From positions 685,540 to 749,539 of the forward strand of contig MCFH01000025.1 of assembly GCA_002104945.1 (NCBI GenBank): 64,000 nt of DNA. The letters are read 5' to 3'. Origin of the DNA: Piromyces finnis finn. Lineage: Eukaryota > Fungi > Neocallimastigomycota. The translations under genes were made by a program, and so were the position numbers. Shown here one piece after another: positions 26,794 to 38,700 of the stretch (the first letter of the stretch is position 1; every line of letters starts with the position of its first letter). The notes below the pieces were generated by a model. The model was given only the letters and a program-made list of their open reading frames with translations, did no database searches and was not told where the DNA came from.

Positions 26794-29700
26794 TTTTATT
26801 TATCTATTAATAAATATATATTCTATTATTTTCTATTTTACTTAATTATTTAATTCTATTTTTTAACTAAATATAAAATAGAAATGATAAAGAGTATACA
26901 GCATAATATATAAAGAGTAGAACATGAATATCGTTAGTTTTGTTATTTGAAACACTCATTAATTTCTTTAAATTTAAATAAGCAAAAAATATATAATATA
27001 TCCTTTTTTTATTGTTTATATTTATCATTTAAATTAATTCATGTATTATTCTTTTTTGTTTAATGTATTTTTATTTTATTTGTATGTATTTGCATACTTT
27101 TTATCTATTATTCACTCTTAATAAATTTCTTTATTTGTAGATATTGTTTATTTTAAAAAAAGCTAGCTTTATTGATTTATTTTTTTAAAAAAAATAAAAA
27201 AAAAAATACACTAAAATAAAAAAATAAAATATACTTTTACTGTTTTTGAAATTGCTATTTTACTATAATAAATGAAAAAGGATAAACAGTGCAATAATAA
27301 TTAAAATAATAAAAAGTGTTGGTTTTAACCTTTGAATTCTTACTTTTATTAACCCTTTATGTTTATTTATTATATAATAATAATACTTTTTTTTTTAAAA
27401 AAAAAAAGCAAAAAAGTTGACGTCTCTTCCTTTTTATATAATAATTTTTTTAATCTATTTAATTTGTTTCACCTCCAAAAATTGTTTAATATTCTTTTTT
27501 TTATTATTAAATAAAGTTTAATTTTAATTTAATCAAATGGATATTAAATTTATTTTTAATATATTATATCATTTTTCTATTAAAAAAAAAAAAGTAGTTG
27601 ATTAGGATGTGAGGATGAAAGATTTATAATAAGAAAAAAAAAAGAAAAAGATGAATAAAGAAAGGTAGAATGAGTGTACTATTAATAAAGAAAAAGAAAT
27701 AAAATTATAAAAGTAAAATAAATGCATACTAAAAATTTATTTATTGAAAAAAGTCAATTTTAATACAGAGGGTTAGAATTTCTGTAGCCAAATTTAGCAG
27801 GTTTTTTTATGGTGTACCAATAAATAAGAAAGTTTAATTTGTGTAATTTTTGATTTATTCACTAAAAAAATTATAAGCCATTTGCTAAATTAAGCTCAGA
27901 GCCGTTAACATTACTTCAAAGTTTACCATAATAACAATTAAAATAATTCTCATTATGATATTAAATGAAACTTAAGAATATAATATTCTAATATAATGTG
28001 TTGTATTATTATTAATTACTTTTTAGACCAGACTTGTACCTTTCTTAAAAATCAAAATTATCAAAAAATTGTATGAAGCTATTCTAAAGTCAATTGAATT
28101 ATAATTGCCCGAATATATTAAAAGATGTAAATAATATAATTAATATATTATAGATAAAAGTTATATTTAAATACTAGGAATTTAATTTAAAGTTGCAGAA
28201 ATTATTTAATTAAAATAATTCAATATAAAAACAATATATATTAATATATATTCAATATACTCCACTCATATATTAAAAAAAAGAAAAAAATTTTTTGAGA
28301 TAGAAATATTAAAAAATTATTAAATCAAATTTAATTATCTATAATATATATTAGAATATACTATAATATATTTCATAATTAATTATATGGAATATTTTAC
28401 ATTAAAAAAAAATTAATGTGTATTATTTTGTTAAAATGAAATAATTTTATTTATTAATATTTTTTAGTTTTAATATTTTGTGTAACATTTAATTTCTTAT
28501 TTAAAAATGGTATAACCTAACCAAAAGAAAAATTTTCAACTAGACAGTAAGCTTTTTTTTTGTAACTCCGCTAGTTCCCTTGTTTTAAAATAGTAATTCT
28601 AATAATAGACATAATAACGGCAATGATAATCGCAATATTAAATAATAAAAGCAGTAATAGACATAATATATATAAGTAATTGAATTACTAAATAATAAAT
28701 AAATAATAAATTCTGAAATGGATAAAAAAGAATAAAGCTTAATTATGACATATTTTCTTTTTTTTTTTTTTTAATTGCTATAATAATAAAATGTATTATT
28801 GCTACGTTAATATATATTTATGTTGGGTATATAAAATTCTACTTTTTTCATATTTCTATAGATAAATAGATATAATATATATGTTTAATTAACAAATATA
28901 AAAATATTATCAATTATTTAAACAATAAATATTAATATTATTGACTTCTATAAAACTGAGCTAATGTTTTTTTTTTATTAAAGTTTGCATCAATATTATA
29001 ATATATAATATTTTCATGATTTCTTTCTTCCAATAGAATATTTCTTCATTCTATTAAACCATATTTAACGTTACTAAAGAGTATTAAAATAATAATTATT
29101 TTTTAAAATATATATAAGAGATAGTATTGAATATTAAATAGTAAATAATAAATTCATTGGTTTTAGAATAAATATAAATCTATACTTTAATAAAATTACT
29201 ATTTCTTATGGTAGTCGATTTATTATAAATTCTAATACAAGTTTTCAATTTATAAAATAAAAGCCATTAAAAAGCTTTAATAGTTATAAAAATATTTTAC
29301 AAGATATAATTAGGATTATCAAATGTTGATTGCTTTAGATACTTGGATTATCTCCAATGTGCTTATATGACTAACGAATTTAATATAAAATATGGTAGTG
29401 TTAGAAATAAAACAAGAAACTGTATTAATTTATAGGAAAGTGCAAAAAAAGAATGTCAAGCTCGTCCAAATTAATATATTAATATATGAGTAAATATTTT
29501 TTAAAAATATATATTTAAAAATAACTTATTTTTAATATTAATAATTTTTTATGTAGCAGTAGCATATCATACATCATACTTTATAAATATAAAACTTTTT
29601 GCCTGTCTAGTAAAGTCAGCATAAATACCATTTATATATAATATTTTTTTTCTTTTATTTTTTGTATAAACCGATACTTTTAAAGAACTAGTGCTTGAAT

Positions 29701-30078
29701 GGGAAAAGGAGATAGCTTGACTTCTGTACTAGTTCTTTAGTAATACCAACTTTTGATATAGTTTTAGGTTTGTAATAAAAAAAAGTTTTATAAATTTTTG
29801 TCTAATAATTCAGGTTTAAAAAATAAAATTCCTAGGCAAAAAATTTTATATTTATAAAGTATGATGTATGATATATTACATATAAATATTATTAGTATTA
29901 AAAATAAGTTTACAAGATTATTTAGTTAAACAATAAATAGATAGTAGTAATTACCGTAATTACAATGTCTTTTTTTAAAAAAAAAAAAATTAATATAGTA
30001 AATAATGACAGTTGGATAAATTGATTCCATTAACAGTAATAATAATACATAGTAATAATAATAGTAGTCTACAGTATG

Positions 30079-30325
<247 letters not shown>

Positions 30326-30723
30326 TATCATTGAAGTTGTTGGTATTATTATTAAGGCAGTGCAATTTTTTTTTTTTAAATATTAAAATATTATTAATTA
30401 AAGTTTTTTTAATTTTAAATAAAAATTTAAAATAAATACTCTTTTTACTTTTCTTTTTTTTTATAAAAACAAAAAACAAAAAATAAAAGAAAATAAAGAG
30501 AGTATATTTAGTTATTCTTTTTATTATATAATTATATATATATATCACCACTCTATACATTTTAAATATATAAAAAAAGGTAAAACTAATAAAAAATAAT
30601 TTTAAAAAATAAAAAGTAATTTCATTCAATTAAATAGTAATAATATTCAAAGAATTTTTTTTTAAATATTATATATTTAAAATAAAACTAATTTTTAAAT
30701 TTCATTATTATGTTATTATTATT

Positions 30724-31566
30724 ATGCTAAAAGTATTTTATTTTTATAGTAAATACAATACAATAATGGGATATTTACTTGTAAAAAAGCAATTTAAAAA
30801 AGATGTTTCAAGATTAATTACTGAAAATCAATTACCTGATAAAGAGGTTTTTTCAGAAAATGATTTTTCACATTTACCTTCTATTATACAAAAATATATA
30901 ATAAATTGTGGGTATATAGGAACGCCAAAGATGTCATATCTTACAATGAAATACAAAAATGTTGATTTTTCACAAGGTAGGAAAGGACCAAACTTGAAAA
31001 TTGACTATACTCAATATAATTTTATAAAGGAACCAAGTAGAATGGCATTTATTGATAGTAGTATGTTTGGTATTCCTTTTGAAGGTTATGATTATTATGA
31101 AAACGGAGTTGGTGGTATGAAAGGTGTTATTGCGAAAATAATAACATTATTTAATCAAAAAGGGGAAGAAATGGATAAAGCTTGCTTAGCAACATTTCTT
31201 GCTGAATGTTTCTTCGCTCCAACTATTTTATTACAAGACTATATCGAATTTGAGGAAATAAATGACCATCAAGTTCGTGGCACTATCAAATATAAAGAAC
31301 AAACAGCAAGCGGTATTTTTACTTTTAATGAAAATTTCGAAATGATTTCATTTACAACAAAAGATAGAGCTGCTACTGGTACTGATGGTAGTATGGAATA
31401 CATACCATGGTCAGCTCTTTGTAGCGATTATCAAGTAGCAAAGAATGGAATAAAATATCCTGTAAAATTCCAAGCTGTCTGGAACTATCCTGATGACAAT
31501 TTTATTTACTTTGATGGTGTTATTCATGACATATCTTATGGATTCGAAAATAAAAATAATAGCTGA
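30724..31566 (+). CDS. Intronless bacterial-type protein, DUF6544-like; true start may be ATG 30766
   Basis: An 843-nt uninterrupted ORF in ~80% AT DNA. Recalled family-like motifs: LPxxIQKY, DYYENGVGGMKG, GEEMDKACLATFLAE, EEINDHQVRGTI, GIFTFNE, W..Y....GIKYP....AVW. No database search was run. Confidence 0.75.
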   Translation: MLKVFYFYSKYNTIMGYLLVKKQFKKDVSRLITENQLPDKEVFSENDFSHLPSIIQKYIINCGYIGTPKMSYLTMKYKNVDFSQGRKGPNLKIDYTQYNFIKEPSRMAFIDSSMFGIPFEGYDYYENGVGGMKGVIAKIITLFNQKGEEMDKACLATFLAECFFAPTILLQDYIEFEEINDHQVRGTIKYKEQTASGIFTFNENFEMISFTTKDRAATGTDGSMEYIPWSALCSDYQVAKNGIKYPVKFQAVWNYPDDNFIYFDGVIHDISYGFENKNNS

Positions 31567-32169
31567 ATACTTTTATATATTAAAAAAATTATAATAATTC
31601 TTATATTTAAAAATTAAATAAGAATTAAGCAGTTAATTTCAATAAACTATCAAAAAAATAAATAAATAAATTAAAATATTAATACATATTATCTATGAAT
31701 AATAAATAAATATATTAATAAAGAATTAAATATTATTAACTTACAATTTCCATATCTCCTTAAATATATATATGGATATTAAGTTACATAAAAGTAAATG
31801 TTTTAAATAACAATATATTATTTTATTTAACATAATATCCTATCATCTAATAAATAACTTTTTCTTTTTTCCCTCTCCAAAACTTATTAATAATATTATA
31901 CTCTTAAATAATTTTTATTTTAATTTTAAATTTTAATTGTTCAATTTTAATATTATATGTAGATAGATAAAAACATAACTATATCTATAGTATTTATGCT
32001 TAATAAAATTTATAGATTATCATTATCTTTTTATAAAATCTATGGTAAAATAAAATATTAATATGCTGTTTTAATCATAACGGTATATTTTATAATTTAT
32101 TTTTATTTTATTTAATTTTTATCTTTTATATATCATATACCAACACCGATAAAAAAAACAAAATTAAAA

Positions 32170-32241
32170 TGGAGAGTGAGTGATTCGAACACCCAACCTT
32201 CCGCTCTGGAGGCGGACGCGCTACCGTTGCGCCAACCCTCC
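32170..32241 (-). tRNA. tRNA-Trp (CCA)
   Basis: Reverse complement GGAGGGT TG GCGC AACGGTA GCGC G TCCGC CTCCAGA GCGGA AGGTT GGGTG TTCGAAT CACTC ACTCTCC A; cloverleaf with anticodon CCA, followed by a T-run terminator. Confidence 0.97.
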
Positions 32242-32253
32242 TTTTTTGATAAT

Positions 32254-32747
32254 TGTAAGAAATATTTGTGGCCATAAGTTTGCCCACAAATATTTCAATT
32301 GAAACCATATATTCTGGTCACCATTTATTGGCCAAATATATGCATAACCATATATTAATGGTTATTAATTAAATAGGAAGTTTATTTGCTTTACCCAATC
32401 AAGTGGTAAAGAAAATAAACTCATATAGTTAAATAGTATAGTCAAAACCAACGTTAAATACTTTAGCGTTAGTATTAAAGTAAATTAATAGCTATAATAA
32501 TAATTAATGTATATAATTATAACTAATAAATAAAAGATAATAATTATAATAATTATTTAAGTAAATAATATTTCATATTAATATTTATTGTGTTATATTT
32601 ATTTTTGTGTTATAATATTTATTTTAGTTCTTTTATTATTTTTTATAAAACTTTATTTAGTTATTAACTCGTATAGAGAGGTAATAACTAACTTAATTAA
32701 CTTGTTATATTTAACTTATTAACTAACATATATAAAAACCTTTTACA
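32254..32747 (+). mobile_element. Solo LTR of family A, opposite orientation to element A
   Basis: TGTAAG...TTTACA; an inverted, partly diverged copy of 32753-33248; flanked by ATAAT at 32249-32253 and 32748-32752. Confidence 0.92.
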
Positions 32748-32752
32748 ATAAT

Positions 32753-35700
32753 TGTAAAAGGTTTATTATAATATTAGTTAATAGGTTATTAAATTAGTTA
32801 ATTAAGTTAGTTATTACCTCTCTATACGAGTTAATAACTAAATAAAGTTTTATAAAAAATAATAAAAGAAGGAAAATAAATATTATAACACTAAAATAAA
32901 TATAAACACTTATATAAATATTTTATGAAATAACTTTTACTTAAATAATTATATTTTAATTATATCTTTTATTTATTAATTATAATTATCTACATTAATT
33001 ATTATTATAGTTATTAATTTACTTTAATACTAACGCTAAAGTATTTAACGTTAGTTTTGACTATACTATTTAACTATATGAGTTTATTTTCTTTACCACT
33101 TGATTGGGTAAAGCAAATAAACTTCCTATTTAATTAATAACCATTAATATATGGTTATGCATATATTTGGCCAATAAATGGTGACCAGAATATATGGTTT
33201 CAATTGAAATATTTGTGGGCAAACTTATGGCCACAAATATTTCTTACAATGCCCCCCTAAGGAGAAAACCTAGGTAGGGTTTTGGACACTAACCATGAAT
33301 TCCTGGTAGCATTTATCTTGAAATTCCTTGAGTAGCTTATCATAGTGGGAGTTCTTGTCAATGATATCGGCATCAACCCACTCTTGTCTAAAGTCACTAA
33401 AGGTAGCTAAGTATTGGTAGTTATCCTTCTTTCTTCTGGCATTCATGATTTTGATAATTTTCTGGTAGCCCACTGGTGCAGGTGTTAGTTCTTCAGGTTT
33501 GTTATGGTAGGGTTCAAGTTCACTGATATGAAACACAGGGTAGACATTGGGGAAAGGTGACTTGCTGATATCTAACCGGTAGTTGAGCTTGCTTTCATCA
33601 ATTCCAATAACCTTGAAGGGACCGTACTTTCTTGCTTGTAGCTTGTAGAAGGGAAGAGGGTTGTAATTTTCTGGTTTTCTTAACCACACCAAATCCAGGA
33701 GCCTAATTTTAGGGTAGTTAAGTTCTCTTCTATGGTCCAAATGGTCTAAGAACCGTGTTCTTGATATGTCCAACATGTGCTTTAAGTTACCTAAGTTGTG
33801 AGCGAAGCTATCTAATATAGGAGCTTCACCAAGTGAGTGGACAAGTTCTGAGTCTTGAGGGTTCATATGTACCTGGTAGTTATACAAGGCTAGGAATGGG
33901 GACTGCTTAGTAGAACTGTGCACTGCATTATTATAACAGAACTCAGCTAAGTACAAGTACTTCAACCATTCGTCGTCATCAAAGGTCTTCACAAAGCATC
34001 TAAGGTACATACTTACGTAGGAGTTGTTACGTTCTACCTGACCAACTGTTTCATGATGGCCAGTAGTAGCAAGGTTTACTTCTACGCCAAAGAACCCCAT
34101 AATGTCCTTCCACAACTTACTAGTGAACTGGACACCACGATCCGTAGTAACCGATTTGGGACAACCATGTAACTTGAATACATGTTGTAAGTATGCTAAG
34201 GCTGTCTCTTTAGCAGTAGGCATACTCCTAAATCCCACTAAGTGTATCATCTTGGTTAACTTATCGCTACAAACCATGATACAACCTCTTCTAGTGACTT
34301 CTGGGGGTTCTGAGGGACTACTACCTGGTTTTCTACGTTCCTTAATAGGTAGGTCCGTCAGGAAGTCAATTTCTACTTCTTGCCAAGGTAAGTCTGCAAC
34401 TTTTACCCTAGCAGCGCTACCGTACGGCTTGTGTCTGTTGTCCTTTTGGGTACAACATATGGTACAAGCTTTAATATATCCCGCAATGTCATCCTTCATT
34501 TTTGGCCAGTAGTAGTTTCTGGCTATCAGGTCATAAGTTTTATCTTTTCCCAGATGACCTGCTGTTTCACTATCGTGGTTAAGTTTTATGATTGTTTCCC
34601 TTAACACCTTTGGTACATATGTACGTTCTGGTGCATCCTTTCTAACAATCAACCCATTAACCATCAACCACTTCTTTTTGATGAGCTTGTGGCCTCGTTT
34701 TGCGTCAAGACCATCTCTAATTTCCCTAGCAAGCTCATCCGTGTTGTAAGCTTGTTTCAGTTCTCCCACAAAGCTTACTTCTAACACCGCATAGCACTCT
34801 TCTTCCACAGGTGGAAATTCTTTTACCTGTTCAGGTCGAAGGAGGCTAGCCTTTTCCATCTCCAGTTGTACCTGTTCTGGAGATACCATTCTTGATAGGA
34901 TATCGGCTCTACCATTCATTTTCCCTGGCCGATATATTATTTCGAAGTTGTATGCAGCAAACAGCTCTTGCCATCTTGCCTGTCTTGCTGTCAACAACTG
35001 TGGTTTTGTGGCGAACAGGAGATTCCTATGGTCACTATATACTAGGACCTTATGTTTCGCACCCATTAACAGGTGTCGCCACTCGATGAAAGCATTCCTA
35101 ATAGCCAACAACTCCTTTTCCGTGATGGAGTAGTTGATTTCTGCTTTCGTAAGCTTCTTGGAATAGTAATACACAGGGTGTAATTCGTTGTCATCGCCTA
35201 GTTGTGATAATACACCACCCACTGCGTAGTTACTAGCGTCGCACTCCACTATAAACTGACGGTCATGGTCAGGATATGCTAATACTGGTGGAGACAACAG
35301 CATTTCTTTTAACTTCTCGAACGCCTGGATGCGTTCTTCATTCCACAGGAACTGTACCTTTTTGGACGTCATAGCATATAACGGCCTTGCTATCTTAGAG
35401 AAGTCCTTTATAAACTTCCTATAATAGTTGCAGAATCCAAGGAATGACTGTAGTTCTTTAATGTTGGTTGGTTGTGGCCAACTTGCTACAGCTTTTAACT
35501 TTTCTGGGTCGGTTTTAATACCATATTTTCCAACTACATGACCCAGGAATGCAAGTTCTTCCTTGTGGAACTCACACTTCGCCAACTTAGCTACTAGACG
35601 ATTATCTATTAGCTTTTGTAGGACTCTTTTTACATGCCCTACATGCTCTTCAAGTGACTTGGAGTAGATGATGATATCATCCAAGTACACTTGACAGCAA

Positions 35701-38700
35701 TCATTGATTTCCTCTGCCAGCACCGTATTAATGAACCCTTGGAACGTGGCAGGAGCATTAGTCAACCCAAATGGCATCACTAGATATTCATAATGCCCAA
35801 ACTTGGTTGAGAATGCCGTCTTGTATTCATCACCTTCACGAATACGCACGAGGTTGTAGGCAGACTTCAAATCCAACTTGGAGAAGATAGTCGCGCCTTT
35901 CATAGCCTCAAACACTTGACTGATGAGTGGTAAGGGGAAGGAGTTACGCACTGTTACCTTATTAAGACGCCTATAATCAGTACATAATCGTCTTTCACCA
36001 CTCTTTTTGGGCACGAATAACACAGGATAACCTGCAGGACTTTCTGACTTCCTGATGAAGCCCTTTGCCAGGTTTTCCTCTATATATTCCTTCAGTGCTT
36101 TTTCCTCTTCTGGATTGAAGGGATATATAGGCCCTTTATGAAGACTAGCATCCGGCTCCAGGTCGATCTTACAGTCGTAAGGACGGTGTTCTGGTAGCTG
36201 GTTAGCTATTTCTTCATTAAATGCTTCTTTGAAATTGTGGTAGTACTTCTCCACGATTTCTTCAGGTGTAGGTTGATTTTCGTTTGAGTTTTCTTCCTGT
36301 ACCAACCCTACGTAAATGTGATTTTTCTCTAAGTTCGACTCTTGTACCAACCCTACTGAAACACAAGTTTTCTCTAAGTTGGATTCAAATGCCAACCCTC
36401 CGGAATCACATTTTTTCTCTAAGTCAACACTCTGTACCAACCCTACTGAAACGGGATTTTTCTCTAAGTCAGAACTTCGTGTCAACCCTCCGGAAACACA
36501 AGTTTTCTCTAAGTTAGCACTCTGTACCAACCCTACTGAAACACAAGTTTTCTCTAAGTTGGAACTCGATGCCAACCCTCCGGAACTTCCGTTTCTGGTT
36601 TCTTTTGTAGCCTTGTGGCTACCATTACCCACGATTTCGGCTTCAATGTTTTCTGCGGTTACAGTTACCAGAGGCCTTCTTGCCTTTGCATTCGTAACTG
36701 TAGTGATGGGACTTAATTGAGTACAGTAGTAGATATTGCCGCCATTTACACCATAACTGTTGGTGTGTCCTTTATCCTTATCATTATCTACTACGAAGTA
36801 CCTCACTTGTGCATCTTTATCATAACCTCTGTAGATAAAGTGCTCATCCATGAAGCCCAGTCCCACAATGATCATCTCCGGCATATTGTCGGATAGGTGA
36901 CAACTTGTGTTGAAGCAGTATGGTTTAGCTTCTTGTTCGCCAGATGGAGTTAACCATAACTTCAACTGCAAGTCATCTGAGAACTGCTTTAATTCGATAT
37001 CACCATTCACAGTTCTGAATATGGCTGGTTTGTCCACTACCTTTAACCCGAGCTTCTTTGCTAAATTTGGGTGAATGAGGTTTGTAGTGGAACCAGTATC
37101 ATACAAGACTTCTACCCTTTTTATATCTCGAGGGTTGCTTCTTGCATTTATTTCAGCTACTAATTGGTTCTGACTGTAGTAGCTGTTATTAACCGTCGTT
37201 TGACTTGCCATAGCCTTAGGTAATGGGTTATTTCCCATACTAGAAGGTCCTTGCCTTGGTTGGAAGCTAGAACTTCTTCTAAAGCTTGACTTATTTAATG
37301 ATTCACGACGTTCTTTAATACCGTTATTGTTTTTTGCGTAAGCCTGAGTGTTGGTCTGCTCAACTTTAGGCTTATTATTTGGCTTGTTGTTCTTCTGCTT
37401 TAACTCAGCCCATCTAGATGGTCTACATGGGTCTGTGATGTCCAACAAGGCCATAATAGTGGTCTGGCGGTCTCTTTTGTCGTACTTTTCTATGGTTTCA
37501 TTACGGAAGACTGCTTGGTGATCATCGCACTTTAACAAGACTTCACTTAATGTTTCCAGCGTACGTTCCTGTTCAGGGATATCATAGAACGCTTCCCTGA
37601 CAGAAGGCCTGACCTGTTGTATTAACACCTGTCTCCTAACATTTTCAGGAAGCCCAAGTGTTTCCGTCAATTCATTGAACTCTTCCAAGTAGTCGTATGC
37701 TTTTCCCCACTCATGTGTGAGTTTAAGCAACTTTGACTTGCAGAGTTCATGGGGAGACTCTGGTGGAAACTTATCTTGAAGGTGGAGGAATAGTCTTTCA
37801 GCATCAGGATTCCTACGCTGCAGCGTCCTCTCTCTAAGTCTATACCATCTCAATACTTTCCCACCTAGATGATCTTCAATGAAGCTAACCTTTGCCTTTT
37901 CGTCGTTACCATAGTCATATGGGTAACGTTTGAAATGACGTAAGCACTTCTCTTGAAAACCCTCTAAGTCTATACCATTATTATCAAACATAGGCACTTT
38001 TTCTTCATACCTATGTACTCGCCAGTCGAACATCTTCACGTCCCCATCCTCGGAGTATTCCGTAGGGTTGGTGCTGCTACTAGTTCCAGCACCATGAGGA
38101 TTACCCGTACCACCGGTTTGATAGGATGTTCTTTCATGAGCTCTGGCTTCAGCTCTTCTGTTCATGGCTTCGACTTTAGCCTCGAACAATTTTTCTCTTT
38201 CTTCTAGAGCGTTTCGTTGCTCCCTCAATCTGGCCATCTCTTCTTCAAGCTCTTTTTTATAAGAGACAAAGGCACTAGATTGACGGTACAACGTTTCTTG
38301 GTTGTTTAGCACTTGCTGGTGGTCTTGTAACCTTTCCTCATGTTCTGCGGTAAAGGCATTTTCCACAGCATGCAGCTCTTCCAAGCTAACTTGGCTAGCT
38401 GACTCATTTGCTTCCAACCTTTGATCCACTTCAACAAATTTTTGCTGAAGAGCATCGTTTATCTCGCTCTTGTAAACCTCAATACCCCGCAGTTGTTCTT
38501 CCATAGCACCCAGACGGTTTCCCATACTAGCAAACTGGCTAGATATTTCCGAAACCCATCTATTAAGAAGAACCTCAATGTGTTGCATTGGGTTTACCTC
38601 ACTATTATTAGTAAAAAAGAAAGAAGGATCAACAGGGGCGGGCATAGAATCCCCCTGTTGAACCTGTAAATTCTGATTAGATTCGACCTCAGTGCTTTCG

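Noticed and set aside
32126-32308. 60-aa ORF MVSIEIFVGK... (and 39598-39783)
   Set aside because: Chance frames across the LTR end and the tRNA-Trp gene.
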